DNA of 64,000 bases, taken from the NCBI RefSeq assembly GCF_009914755.1, contig NC_060948.1, one strand, 5' to 3'. This DNA is from the human T2T-CHM13v2.0 reference genome, Homo sapiens. Shown here in pieces: positions 1-12,200 of the stretch (position 1 is its first letter; every line of letters starts with the position of its first letter). The position numbers and the translations under genes were made by a program. Under the pieces are notes generated by a model. That model was not told the DNA's origin and made no database searches. It worked only from the letters and a program-made list of their open reading frames with translations.

Positions 1-1109
1 TGAAATGGAATGGAATAGAAAGGAATGGAATGAAATGGAATGGAAAGGATTCGAATGGAATGCAATCGAATGGAATGGAATCGAACGGAATGGAATAAAA
101 TGGAAGAAAACTGGCAAGAAATGGAATCGAAATGAATGGAGTGTTATGGAACGGACTCAAAAGGAATTGAATGTAATAGAATGGAGTGGAGTGGACTCGA
201 ATATAATGGACTGGAATGGAATGAAATCACATGGAATGGGAACGAATGGAATGGAATGGAAAGGAATGGAATCGAATGGAAAGGAATCGAATGGAAGGGA
301 ATGAAATTGAATCAACAGGAATGGAAGGGAATAGAATAGACGGTAATGGAATGGACTCGAATAGAATGGACACGAAAGCTCAAATTGAATGGACTCGAAT
401 GGAATGGAAACGAAAGGAATGTCATCGAATGGAATTGAATCGATTGGAATGAAATCGCATAGAATGGAGTGGAATCAAATGGAATTGAATCGAAAGGAAA
501 GGAAGCGAAGGGACTGAAATGAAATGGAATGGAATTGAATGGAAAGTAATGCAATGGAATAGAATGGAACGAAATTTCACGGAATGGAATCAAACTGAAT
601 GGAATCAAATCAATGGAATCAAATCAAATGGAATGGAAAGGAATTGAATGGAGTAGATTGGATTGGATGGGATTGGAATGAAATGTACTGGAAAGGACTC
701 GAATTTCATGAAACGGAATGGAATGAATTGGAACGGAATGGACTCGAATGGAATGGAATGTCATGGAATGGCATCAAATGGAATGGCATCAAATGGAATG
801 GAATCGAATGCAATGGAATGTTATGGAATGGAATGGAATGCATTGGAATGGAATGTCCTCTAACGGAATGGATTCGAGTGGAATGGAATCGAATATAATG
901 GAGTCGAATGAAATGGAATTGAAAGGAATGGGATCGAATACAATGGAATATACTGGAATGTAATGTAATGAACTCGAATGTAATTGACTGGAATGGAATG
1001 TATATGAATGGAATGTAATCGAATGTAAAGTAATCCAATGGAATAGAATCTAATGCAATAAAATCGACTCAGATAGAGTAGAATGTAATGGAATGGAGTG
1101 CAGTGCAAT

Positions 1110-1189
1110 GGAATGGAATGGAATGGAATGCAATGGAATGGAATGGAATGGAATGGAATGGAATGGAATGGAATGGGATGGAATGGTAT
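1110..1189 (+). repeat. Near-perfect (GGAAT)n tract 1; copy number varies between units
   Basis: (GGAAT)4 GCAAT (GGAAT)8 GGGAT GGAAT GGTAT in U1. Length and interruptions differ in other units, e.g. 5 copies after GCAAT in U3 and no GCAAT interruption in U13, U14 and U17. Confidence 0.9.
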
Positions 1190-1914
1190 GGAATGGATAG
1201 TAATGGACTGGAGTGAAATGGACTGGAAAGGAATGGACTCAAATTGAAAGGGCTCGAAAGGAATGGAGTCAAATGGAATGGTCTGGAATGGAATGAACAC
1301 GAATGTAATGCAATCCAATAGAATGGAATCGAATGGCATGGAATATAAAGAAATGGAATCGAAGAGAATGGAAACAAATGGAATGGAATTGAAGGGAATG
1401 GAATTGAATGGAATGGGAACGAATGGAGTGAAATTGTATGCAGTAGAAGGGAATAGAATGGAATGCAAGCGAAAGGAAAGGAATGGATTGCAATGGAATG
1501 GAATTCATTGGAATGGAAGGGAATGTAGTGTAATGGACAGGCCTGGAATAAAGTGGAATGCTACGGTCTCGAATGGAATAAAAATATATGGAATGGAATG
1601 CAATGAAACGGAATCGAATGTCATAGAATGTAATGGAATGCAACAAAATGGAATCCAAAATCATTGACTGGAAAGGCTGGGTGTCGAAAGGAATTGACTC
1701 CAATGGAATGGAATCGAATGGAATGGAAGTGAATAGAATCGAACTAAATCGAATGGAATGGAATTGATAGGAACGGAATGGAAAGGAATGCAATGATTTG
1801 GCATGGAATGGAATCGATTGGCATCGAATGGAATGGAATGGAATGCAATGGAATGGAATGTATTAGAATGTAATGAACTTTAATGGAATGTACTCGAATG
1901 GATTCGACTGGAAT

Positions 1915-1929
1915 GGAATGTTCTGGAAG
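1915..1929. promoter_or_regulatory. Perfect 3-unit heat shock element motif (HSE-a), repeated in each unit
   Basis: gGAAt gTTCt gGAAg matches nGAAnnTTCnnGAAn. The motif is seen directly; HSF binding at this site is inferred. Confidence 0.6.
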
Positions 1930-2194
1930 TGAATGGACTCCAATGGAATGGATTCAAAAGGAATGGAATCGTACGGAATGGAATCTAATGGAATGGAATT
2001 AAATGGAAATGAATCAAATTGAGTAGCACGGAATTGAATTGAATGGAATCGAATGCAATGGAATCTAATTAAACGGAAAGGAAAGGAATGGAATGGAATG
2101 GAATGGGCTGGAATGGAAAGGAATCGAAACGAATGGAATGGAATCGAACTGAAGAGACTGGAATGGAATGCACTGGAATGGAAGGGAGTGTAAT

Positions 2195-2209
2195 GGAAGG
2201 TTCTCGAAA
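2195..2209. promoter_or_regulatory. Perfect 3-unit heat shock element motif (HSE-b), repeated in each unit
   Basis: gGAAg gTTCt cGAAa matches nGAAnnTTCnnGAAn; disrupted by a 1-bp deletion in U13. Confidence 0.6.
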
Positions 2210-2904
2210 ATAATGGAATCGAATGGAATGGAATTGAATGGAACGGAATAGAGTCGAATGGAATTGAATGGAATGGAATGGACTAGAGTGAAATGGAATC
2301 GAACCACAAGGAATGGACATTAATAGAATGGTCTCGAATTGAATGGAATCGTATGGAATGGCATCAAACGGAATGGAATGGACAGCCACGGAATAGAATG
2401 CACTCGAATGCAATGGAGTCGAAACTAATGGACTGGAATAGAATGGACTCGACTGGTACGGACTCCAATGGAATGTAATCGAATGGAAGGGAATCGAACG
2501 GAATGGACTCGAAGGGAAAAGACTGCAATGGAAAGGTCTCAAATGGAATGGAAATTAATGGAATGGAATGGAATCGAATGAAATGGAGTCAAAAGGAATG
2601 GAATCGAATGGCAAGAAATCGAATGTAATGGAATCGCAAGGAATTGATGTGAACGGAACGGAATGGAATGGAATCCAAAGGAATGGAATAGAATGGAATG
2701 GAATCGAATGGAAAGGACTCGAATGGAAATCACTCGAATAGAATGCAATTTAATAAAATAGGATCAAATGGAATGGAATGGAATGGAAAGGAATCGAAAC
2801 GAAAGGAATGGAGACAGATGGAATGGAATGGAACAGAGAGCAATGGTATAGAATGGAATGGAATCATCTGGAATGGAATTGAATGGAATGGAATAATATG
2901 AAAT

Positions 2905-2929
2905 GGAATGGAATGGAATGGAATGGAAT
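2905..2929 (+). repeat. Perfect (GGAAT)n tract 2; 4-7 copies depending on unit
   Basis: Lies between 'aatatgaaat' and 'gcccttg': 5 copies in U1, 6 in U3, 4 in U4/U9/U16, 7 in U13/U15. Confidence 0.9.
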
Positions 2930-3220
2930 GCCCTTGAATTAAATGGACTGGAATGGAATGGACTCGAACAGAGTGGAATGGAAAGTGTTGAGATAGAATG
3001 GAATGGACTCCTTTGGAATGGTGTAGTATGCAATGCAATCGACTGGCAGGGAATCAAAAAGAATGTAATCGAATGGATTGGACTGGAATGCAATGGACTC
3101 GAATATATTGGAAACGGAATGCAAAGGAATGGAATGGAATAGTATGGAATGGAATGGAAAGGAATGGATTGGAATAGACTAGAGTGGAATGGAATGGACT
3201 GGAAAGCAATGGACTGGAAT

Positions 3221-3235
3221 GGAACTTTCTTGAAT
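3221..3235. promoter_or_regulatory. Perfect 3-unit heat shock element motif (HSE-c), repeated in each unit
   Basis: gGAAc tTTCt tGAAt matches nGAAnnTTCnnGAAn; the third GAA is changed to GGA in U18. Confidence 0.55.
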
Positions 3236-6200
3236 GGACTGGAATCAAACGGAATGGAATGCAATGCAATCAAATGGCATGGAATAAAATAGAATGAAAG
3301 AGAATCAAATGGAATTGAATCGAATGGAATCGAATGGATTGGAAAGGAATAGAATGGAATGGAATGGAATGGACTCAAATGGAATGGACTAGAATGGAAT
3401 GGATTCGAATGGAAGGCAAAGGAATGGAATCTATTGGAATGGACTGTAATGGAATGGAATGGAAGGGATTGGAATGGACTCGAATGGAATGGACTGCAAT
3501 AGAAAGGATTCGAATGGAATGAAAAAGAATTGAATGGAATAGAACAGAATGGAATCAAATCGAATGAAATGGAATGGAATAGAAAGGAATGGAATGAAAT
3601 GGAATGGAAAGGATTCGAATGGAATGCAATCGAATGGAATGGAATCGAACGGAATGTAATAAAATGGAAGAAAACTGGCAAGAAATGGAATCGAAATGAA
3701 TGGAGTGTTATGGAACAGACTCAAAAGGAATTGAATGTAATAGAATGGAGTGGAGTGGACTCGAATATAATGGACTGGAATGGAATGAAATCACATGGAA
3801 TGGGAACGAATGGAATGGAATGGAAAGGAATGGAATCGAATGGAAAGGAATCGAATGGAAGGGAATGAAATTGAATCAACAGGAATGGAAGGGAATAGAA
3901 TAGACGGTAATGGAATGGACTCGAATAGAATGGACACGAATGCTCAAATTGAATGGACTCGAATGGAATGGAAACGAAAGGAATGTCATCGAATGGAATT
4001 GAATCGATTGGAATGAAATCGCATAGAATGGAGTGGAATCAAATGGAATTGAATCGAAAGGAAAGGAAGCGAATGGACTGAAATGAAATGGAATGGAATT
4101 GAATGGAAAGTAATGCAATGGAATAGAATGGAACGAAATTTCACGGAATGGAATCAAACTGAATGGAATCAAATCAATGGAATCAAATCAAATGGAATGG
4201 AAAGGAATTGAATGGAGTAGATTGGATTGGATGGGATTGGAATGAAATGTACTGGAAAGGACTCGAATTTCATGAAACGGAATGGAATGAATTGGAACGG
4301 AATGGACTCGAATGGAATGGAATGTCATGGAATGGCATCAAATAGAATGGCATCAAATGGAATGGAATCGAATGCAATGGAATGCTATGGAATGGAATGG
4401 AATGCATTGGAATGGAATGTCCTCTAATGGAATGGATTCGAGTGGAATGGAATCGAATATAATGGAGTCGAATGAAATGGAATTGAAAGGAATGGGATCG
4501 AATACAATGGAATATACTGGAATGTAATGTAATGAACTCGAATGTAATTGACTGGAATGGAATGTACATGAATGGAATGTAATCGAATGGAAAGTAATCC
4601 AATGGAATAGAATCTAATGCAATAAAATCGACTCAGATAGAGTAGAATGTAATGGAATGGAGTGCAGTGCAATGGAATGGAATGGAATGGAATGCAATGG
4701 AATGGAATGGAATGGAATGGAATGGAATGGAATGGAATGGGATGGGATGGAATGGTATGGAATGGATAGTAATGGACTGGAGTGAAATGGACTGGAAAGG
4801 AATGGACTCAAATTGAAAGGGCTCGAAAGGAATGGAGTCAAATGGAATGGTCTGGAATGGAATGAACACGAATGTAATGCAATCCAATAGAATGGAATCG
4901 AATGGCATGGAATATAAAGAAATGGAATCGAAGAGAATGGAAACAAATGGAATGGAATTGAATGGAATGGAATTGAATCGAATGGGAACGAATGGAGTGA
5001 AATTGTATGCAGTAGAAGGGAATAGAATGGAATGCAAGCGAAAGGAAAGGAATGGATTGGAATGGAATGGAATTCATTGGAATGTAAGGGAATGTAGTGT
5101 AATGGACAGGCCTGGAATAAAGTGGAATGCTACGGTCTCGAATGGAATAAAAATGTATGGAATGGAATGCAATGAAACGGAATCGAATGTCATAGAATGT
5201 AATGGAATGCAAAAAAATGGAATCCAAAATCATTGACTGGAAAGGCTGGGTGTCGAAAGGAATTGACTCCAATGGAATGGAATCGAATGGAATGGAAGTG
5301 AATAGAATCGAACTAAATCGAATGGAATGGAATTGATAGGAACGGAATGGAAAGGAATGCAATGATTTGGCATGGAATGGAATCGAATGGCATCGAATGG
5401 AATGGAATGGAATGCAATGGAATGGAATGTACTAGAATGTAATGAACTTTAATGGAATGTACTCGAATGGATTCGACTGGAATGGAATGTTCTGGAAGTG
5501 AATGGACTCCAATGGAATGGATTCAAAAGGAATGGAATCGTACGGAATGGAATCTAATGGAATGGAATTAAATGGAAATGAATCAAATTGAATAGCACGG
5601 AATTGAATTGAATGGAATGGAATGCAATGGAATCTAATGAAACGGAAAGGAAAGGAATGGAATGGAATGGAATGGGCTGGAATGGAAAGGAATCGAAACG
5701 AATGGAATGGAATCGAACTGAACAGACTGGAATGGAATGCACTGGAATGGAAGGGAGTGTAATGGAAGGTTCTCGAAAAAAATGGAATCGAATGGAATGG
5801 AATTGAATGGAACGGAATAGAGTCGAATGGAATTGAATGGAATGGAATGGACTAGAGTGAAATGGAATCGAACCTCAAGGAATGGACAGGAATAGAATGG
5901 TCTCGAATTGAATGGAATCGTATGGAATGGTATCAAACGGAATGGAATGGACAGCCACGGAATGGAATGCACTCGAATGCAATGGAGTCGAAACTAATGG
6001 ACTGGAATAGAATGGACTCGACTGGTACGGACTCCAATGGAATTTAATCGAATGGAAGGGAATCGAACGGAATGGACTCGAAGGGAAAAGACTGCAATGG
6101 AAAGGTCTCGAATGGAATGGAAATTAATGGAATGGAATGGAATCGAATGAAATGGAGTCAAAAGGAATGGAATCGAATGGCAAGAAATCGAATGTAATGG

Positions 6201-9200
6201 AATCGCAAGGAATTGATGTGAACGGAACGGAATGGAATGGAATCCAAAGGAATGGAATAGAATGGAATGGAATCGAATGGAAAGGACTCGAATGGAAATC
6301 ACTCGAATAGAATGCAATTTAATAAAATAGGATCAAATGTAATGGAATAGAATGGAAAGGAATCGAAACGAAAGGAATGGAGACAGATGGAATGGAATGG
6401 AACAGAGAGCAATGGTATAGAATGGAATGGAATCATCTGGAATGGAATTGAATGGAATGGAATAATATGAAATGGAATGGAATGGAATGGAATGGAATGC
6501 CCTTGAATTAAATGGACTGGAATGGAATGGACTCGAACAGAGTGGAATGGAAAGTGTTGAGATAGAATGGAATGGACTCCTTTGGAATGGTGTAGTACGC
6601 AATGCAATCGACTGGCAGGGAATCAAAAGGAATGTAATCGAATGGATTGGACTGGAATGCAATGGACTCGAATAGATTGGAAACGGAATGCAAAGGAATG
6701 GAATGGAATAGTATGGAATGGAATGGAAAGGAATGGAGTGGAATAGACTAGAGTGGAATGGAATGGACTGGAAAGCAATGGACTGGAATGGAACTTTCTT
6801 GAATGGACTGGAATCAAACGGAATGGAATGCAATGCAATCAAATGGCATGGAATAAAATAGAATGAAAGAGAATCAAATGGAATTGAATCGAATGGAATC
6901 GAATGGATTGGAAAGGAATAGAATGGAATGGAATGGAATTGACTCAAATGGAATGGACTAGAATGGAATGGATTCGAATGGAAGGCAAAGGAATGGAATC
7001 TATTGGAATGGACTGTAATGGAATGGAATGGAAGGGATTGGAATGGACTCGAATGGAATGGACTGCAATAGAAAGGATTCGAATGGAATGAAAAAGAATT
7101 GAATGGAATAGAACAGAATGGAATCAAATCGAATGAAATGGAATGGAATAGAAAGGAATGGAATGAAATGGAATGGAAAGGATTCGAATGGAATGCAATC
7201 GAATGGAATGGAATCGAACGGAATGGAATAAAATGGAAGAAAACTGGCAAGAAATGGAATCGAAATGAATGGAGTGTTATGGAACGGACTCAAAAGGAAT
7301 TGAATGTAATAGAATGGAGTGGAGTGGACTCGAATATAATGGACTGGAAGAATGGAATGAAATCACATGGAATGGGAACGAATGGAATGGAATGGAAAGG
7401 AATGGAATCGAATGGAAAGGAATCGAATGGAAGGGAATGAAATTGAATCAACAGGAATGGAAGGGAATAGAATAGACGGTAATGGAATGGACTCGAATAG
7501 AATGGACACGAATGCTCAAATTGAATGGACTCGAATGGAATGGAAACGAAAGGAATGTCATCGAATGGAATTGAATCGATTGGAATGAAATCGCATAGAA
7601 TGGAGTGGAATCAAATGGAATTGAATCGAAAGGAAAGGAAGCGAATGGACTGAAATGAAATGGAATGGAATTGAATGGAAAGTAATGCAATGGAATAGAA
7701 TGGAACGAAATTTCACGGAATGGAATCAAACTGAATGGAATCAAATCAATGGAATCAAATCAAATGGAATGGAAAGGAATTGAATGGAGTAGATTGGATT
7801 GGATGGGATTGGAATGAAATGTACTGGAAAGGACTCGAATTTCATGAAACGGAATGGAATGAATTGGAACGGAATGGACTCGAATGGAATGGAATGTCAT
7901 GGAATGGCATCAAATGGAATGGCATCAAATGGAATGAAATCGAATGCAATGGAATGCTATGGAATGGAATGGAATGCATTGGAATGGAATGTCCTCTAAT
8001 GGAATGGATTCGAGTGGAATGGAATCGAATATAATGGAGTCGAATGAAATGGAATTGAAAGGAATGGGATCGAATATAATGGAATATACTGGAATGTAAT
8101 GTAATGAACTCGAATGCAATTGACTGGAATGGAATGTACATGAATGGAATGTAATCGAATGTAAAGTAATCCAATGGAATAGAATCTAATGCAATAAAAT
8201 CGACTCAGATAGAGTAGAATGTAATGGAATGGAGTGCAGTGCAATGGAATGGAATGGAATGGAATGCAATGGAATGGAATGGAATGGAATGGAATGGGAT
8301 GGAATGGTATGGAATGGATAGTAATGGACTGGAGTGAAATGGACTGGAAAGGAATGGACTCAAATTGAAAGGGCTCGAAAGGAATGGAGACAAATGGAAT
8401 GGTCTGGAATGGAATGAACACGAATGTAATGCAATCCAATAGAATGGAGTCGAATGGCATGGAATATAAAGAAATGGAATCGAAGAGAATGGAAACAAAT
8501 GGAATGGAATTGAATGGAATGGAATTGAATGGAATGGGAACGAATGGAGTGAAATTGTATGCAGTAGAAGAGAATAGAATGGAATGCAAGCGAAAGGAAA
8601 GGAATGGATTGGAATGGAATGGAATTCATTGGAATGGAAGGGAATGTAGTGTAATGGACAGGCCTGGAATAAAGTGGAATGCTACGGTCTCGAATGGAAT
8701 AAAAATGTATGGAATGGAATGCAATGAAACGGAATCGAATGTCATAGAATGTAATGGAATGCAAAAAAATGGAATCCAAAATCATTCACTGGAAAGGCTG
8801 GGTGTCGAAAGGAATTGACTCCAATGGAATGGAATCGAATGGAATGGAAGTGAATAGAATCGAACTAAATCGAATGGAATGGAATTGATAGGAACGGAAT
8901 GGAAAGGAATGCAATGATTTGGCATGGAATGGAATCGAATGGCATCGAATGGAATGGAATGGAATGCAATGGAATGGAATGTATTAGAATGTAATGAACT
9001 TTAATGGAATGTACTCGAATGGATTCGACTGGAATGGAATGTTCTGGAAGTGAATGGACTCCAATGGAATGGATTCAAAAGGAATGGAATCGTACGGAAT
9101 GGAATCTAATGGAATGGAATTAAATGGAAATGAAGCAAATTGAATAGCACGGAATTGAATTGAATGGAATGGAATGCAATGGAATCTAATGAAACGGAAA

Positions 9201-12200
9201 GGAAAGGAATGGAATGGAATGGAATGGGCTGGAATGGAAAGGAATCGAAACGAATGGAATGGAATCGAACTGAAGAGACTGGAATGGAATGCACTGTAAT
9301 GGAAGGGAGTGTAATGGAAGGTTCTCGAAAATAATGGAATCGAATGGAATGGAATTGAATGGAACGGAATAGAGTCGAATGGAATTGAATGGAATGGAAT
9401 GGACTAGAGTGAAATGGAATCGAACCACAAGGAATGGACAGGAATAGAATGGTCTCGAATTGAATGGAATCGTATGGAATGGCATCAAACGGAATGGAAT
9501 GGACAGCCACGGAATGGAATGCACTCGAATGCACTGCAGTCGAAACTTATGGACTGGAATAGAATGGACTCGACTGGTACGGACTCCAATGGAATGGAAT
9601 CGAATGGAAGGGATTCGAACGGAATGGACTCGAAGGGAAAAGACTGCAATGGAAAGGTCTCGAATGGAATGGAAATTAATGGAATGGAATGGAATCGAAT
9701 GAAATGGAGTCAAAAGGAATGGAATCGAATGGCAAGAAATCGAATGTAATGGAATCGCAAGGAATTGATGTGAACGGAACGGAATGGAATGGAATCCAAA
9801 GGAATGGAATAGAATGGAATGGAATCGAATGGAAAGGACTCGAATGGAAATCACTCGAATAGAATGCAATTTAATAAAATAGGATCAAATGTAATGGAAT
9901 GGAATGGAAAGGAATCGAAACGAAAGGAATGGAGACAGATGGAATGGAATGGAACAGAGAGCAATGGTATAGAATGGAATGGAATCATCTGGAATGGAAT
10001 TGAATGGAATGGAATAATATGAAATGGAATGGAATGGAATGGAATGGAATGGAATGCCCTTGAATTAAATGGACTGGAATGGAATGGACTCGAACAGAGT
10101 GGAATGGAAAGTGTTGAGATAGAATGCAATGGACTCCTTCGGAATGGTCTAGTATGCAATGCAATCGACTGGCAGGGAATCAAAAGGAATGTAATCGAAT
10201 GGATTGGACTGGAATGCAATGGACTCGAATAGATTGGAAACGGAATGCAAAGGAATGGAATGGAATAGTATGGAATGGAATGGAAAGGAATGGAGTGGAA
10301 TAGACTAGAGTGGAATGGAATGGACTGGAAAGCAATGGACTGGAATGGAACTTTCTTGAATGGACTGGAATCAAACGGAATGGAATGCAATGCAATCAAA
10401 TGGCATGGAATAAAATAGAATGAAAGAGAATCAAATGGAATTGAATCGAATGGAATCGAATGGATTGGAAAGGAATAGAATGGAATGGAATGGAATTGAC
10501 TCAAATGGAATGGACTAGAATGGAATGGATTCGAATGGAAGGCAAAGGAATGGAATCTATTGGAATGGACTGTAATGGAATGGAATGGAAGGGATTGGAA
10601 TGGACTCGAATGGAATGGACTGCAATAGAAAGGATTCGAATGGAATGAAAAAGAATTGAATGGAATAGAACAGAATGGAATCAAATCGAATGAAATGGAA
10701 TGGAATAGAAAGGAATGGAATGAAATGGAATGGAAAGGATTCGAATGGAATGCAATCGAATGGAATGGAATCGAACGGAATGGAATAAAATGGAAGAAAA
10801 CTGGCAAGAAATGGAATCGAAAGGAATGGAGTGTGATGATACGGACTCAAAAGGAATTGAATGTAATAGAATGGAGTGGAGTGGACTCGAATATAATGGA
10901 CTGGAATGGAATGAAATCACATGGAATGGGAACGAATGGAATGGAATGGAAAGGAATGGAAAGGAATCGAATGGAAGGGAATGAAATTGAATCAACAGGA
11001 ATGGAAGGGAATAGAATAGACGGTAATGGAATGGACTCGAATAGAATGGACACGAATGCTCAAATTGAATGGACTCGAATGGAATGGAAACGAAAGGAAT
11101 GTCATCGAATGGAATTGAATCGATTGGAATGAAATCGCATAGAATGGAGTGGAATCAAATGGAATTGAATCGAAAGGAAAGGAAGCGAATGGACTGAAAT
11201 GAAATGGAATGGAATTGAATGGAAAGTAATGCAATGGAATAGAATGGAACGAAATTTCACGGAATGGAATCAAACTGAATGGAATCAAATCAATGGAATC
11301 AAATCAAATGGAATGGAAAGGAATTGAATGGAGTAGATTGGATTGGATGGGATTGGAATGAAATGTACTGGAAAGGACTCGAATTTCATGAAACGGAATG
11401 GAATGAATTGGAACGGAATGGACTCGAATGGAATGGAATGTCATGGAATGGCATCAAATGGAATGGCATCAAATGGAATGAAATCGAATGCAATGGAATG
11501 CTATGGAATGGAATGGAATGCATTGGAATGGAATGTCCTCTAATGGAATGGATTCGAGTGGAATGGAATCGAATATAATGGAGTCGAATGAAATGGAATT
11601 GAAAGGAATGGGATCGAATATAATGGAATATACTGGAATGTAATGTAATGAACTCGAATGTAATTGACTGGAATGGAATGTACATGAATGGAATGTAATC
11701 GAATGTAAAGTAATCCAATGGAATAGAATCTAATGCAATAAAATCGACTCAGATAGAGTAGAATGTAATGGAATGGAGTGCAGTGCAATGGAATGGAATG
11801 GAATGGAATGCAATGGAATGGAATGGAATGGAATGGGATGGAATGGGATGGAATGGTATGGAATGGATAGTAATGGACTGGAGTGAAATGGACTGGAAAG
11901 GAATGGACTCAAATTGAAAGGGCTCGAAAGGAATGGAGACAAATGGAATGGTCTGGAATGGAATGAACACGAATGTAATGCAATCCAATAGAATGGAGTC
12001 GAATGGCATGGAATATAAAGAAATGGAATCGAAGAGAATGGAAACAAATGGAATGGAATTGAATGGAATGGAATTGAATGGAATGGGAACGAATGGAGTG
12101 AAATTGTATGCAGTAGAAGAGAATAGAATGGAATGCAAGCGAAAGGAAAGGAATGGATTGGAATGGAATGGAATTCATTGGAATGGAAGGGAATGTAGTG

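Larger units (their letters stand above)
599..4162 (+). repeat. Representative full-length DYZ1 unit (U1, 3564 bp)
   Basis: Anchor-to-anchor distance 599 to 4163 is 3564 bp. Contains EcoRI GAATTC at 1501-1506 and StuI/HaeIII AGGCCT at 1539-1544. Confidence 0.93.

Noticed and set aside
1031-1041. DUX4-like motif TAATCCAATGG / TAATCTAATGG
   Set aside because: It mismatches the conserved 3' end (AATCA) of the DUX4 consensus, and DUX4 binding is established for HSATII rather than this family.
1263-1667. Plus-strand MEWNG-rich ORFs (e.g. 134 aa MESNGMVW...)
   Set aside because: These are the 15-nt/5-aa periodic translation of GGAAT, overlapping in several frames, with no domain or gene structure.
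2747-2762. AATAAA polyadenylation-like hexamers and an AT-rich patch (aatttaataaaatagg)
   Set aside because: Several AATAAA per unit arise easily from GGAAT decay, with no transcript evidence from sequence alone. Yq12 testis transcripts have been reported but cannot be located here.
2764-3681. Minus-strand 270-318 aa ORF (MPVFFHF...) present in every unit, with a C-terminus that switches frame with tract 2 length
   Set aside because: It starts at TTG, not ATG, and is low-complexity HSIPF translation of (ATTCC)n, which is intrinsically poor in stop codons. Conservation only reflects near-identity of the units.
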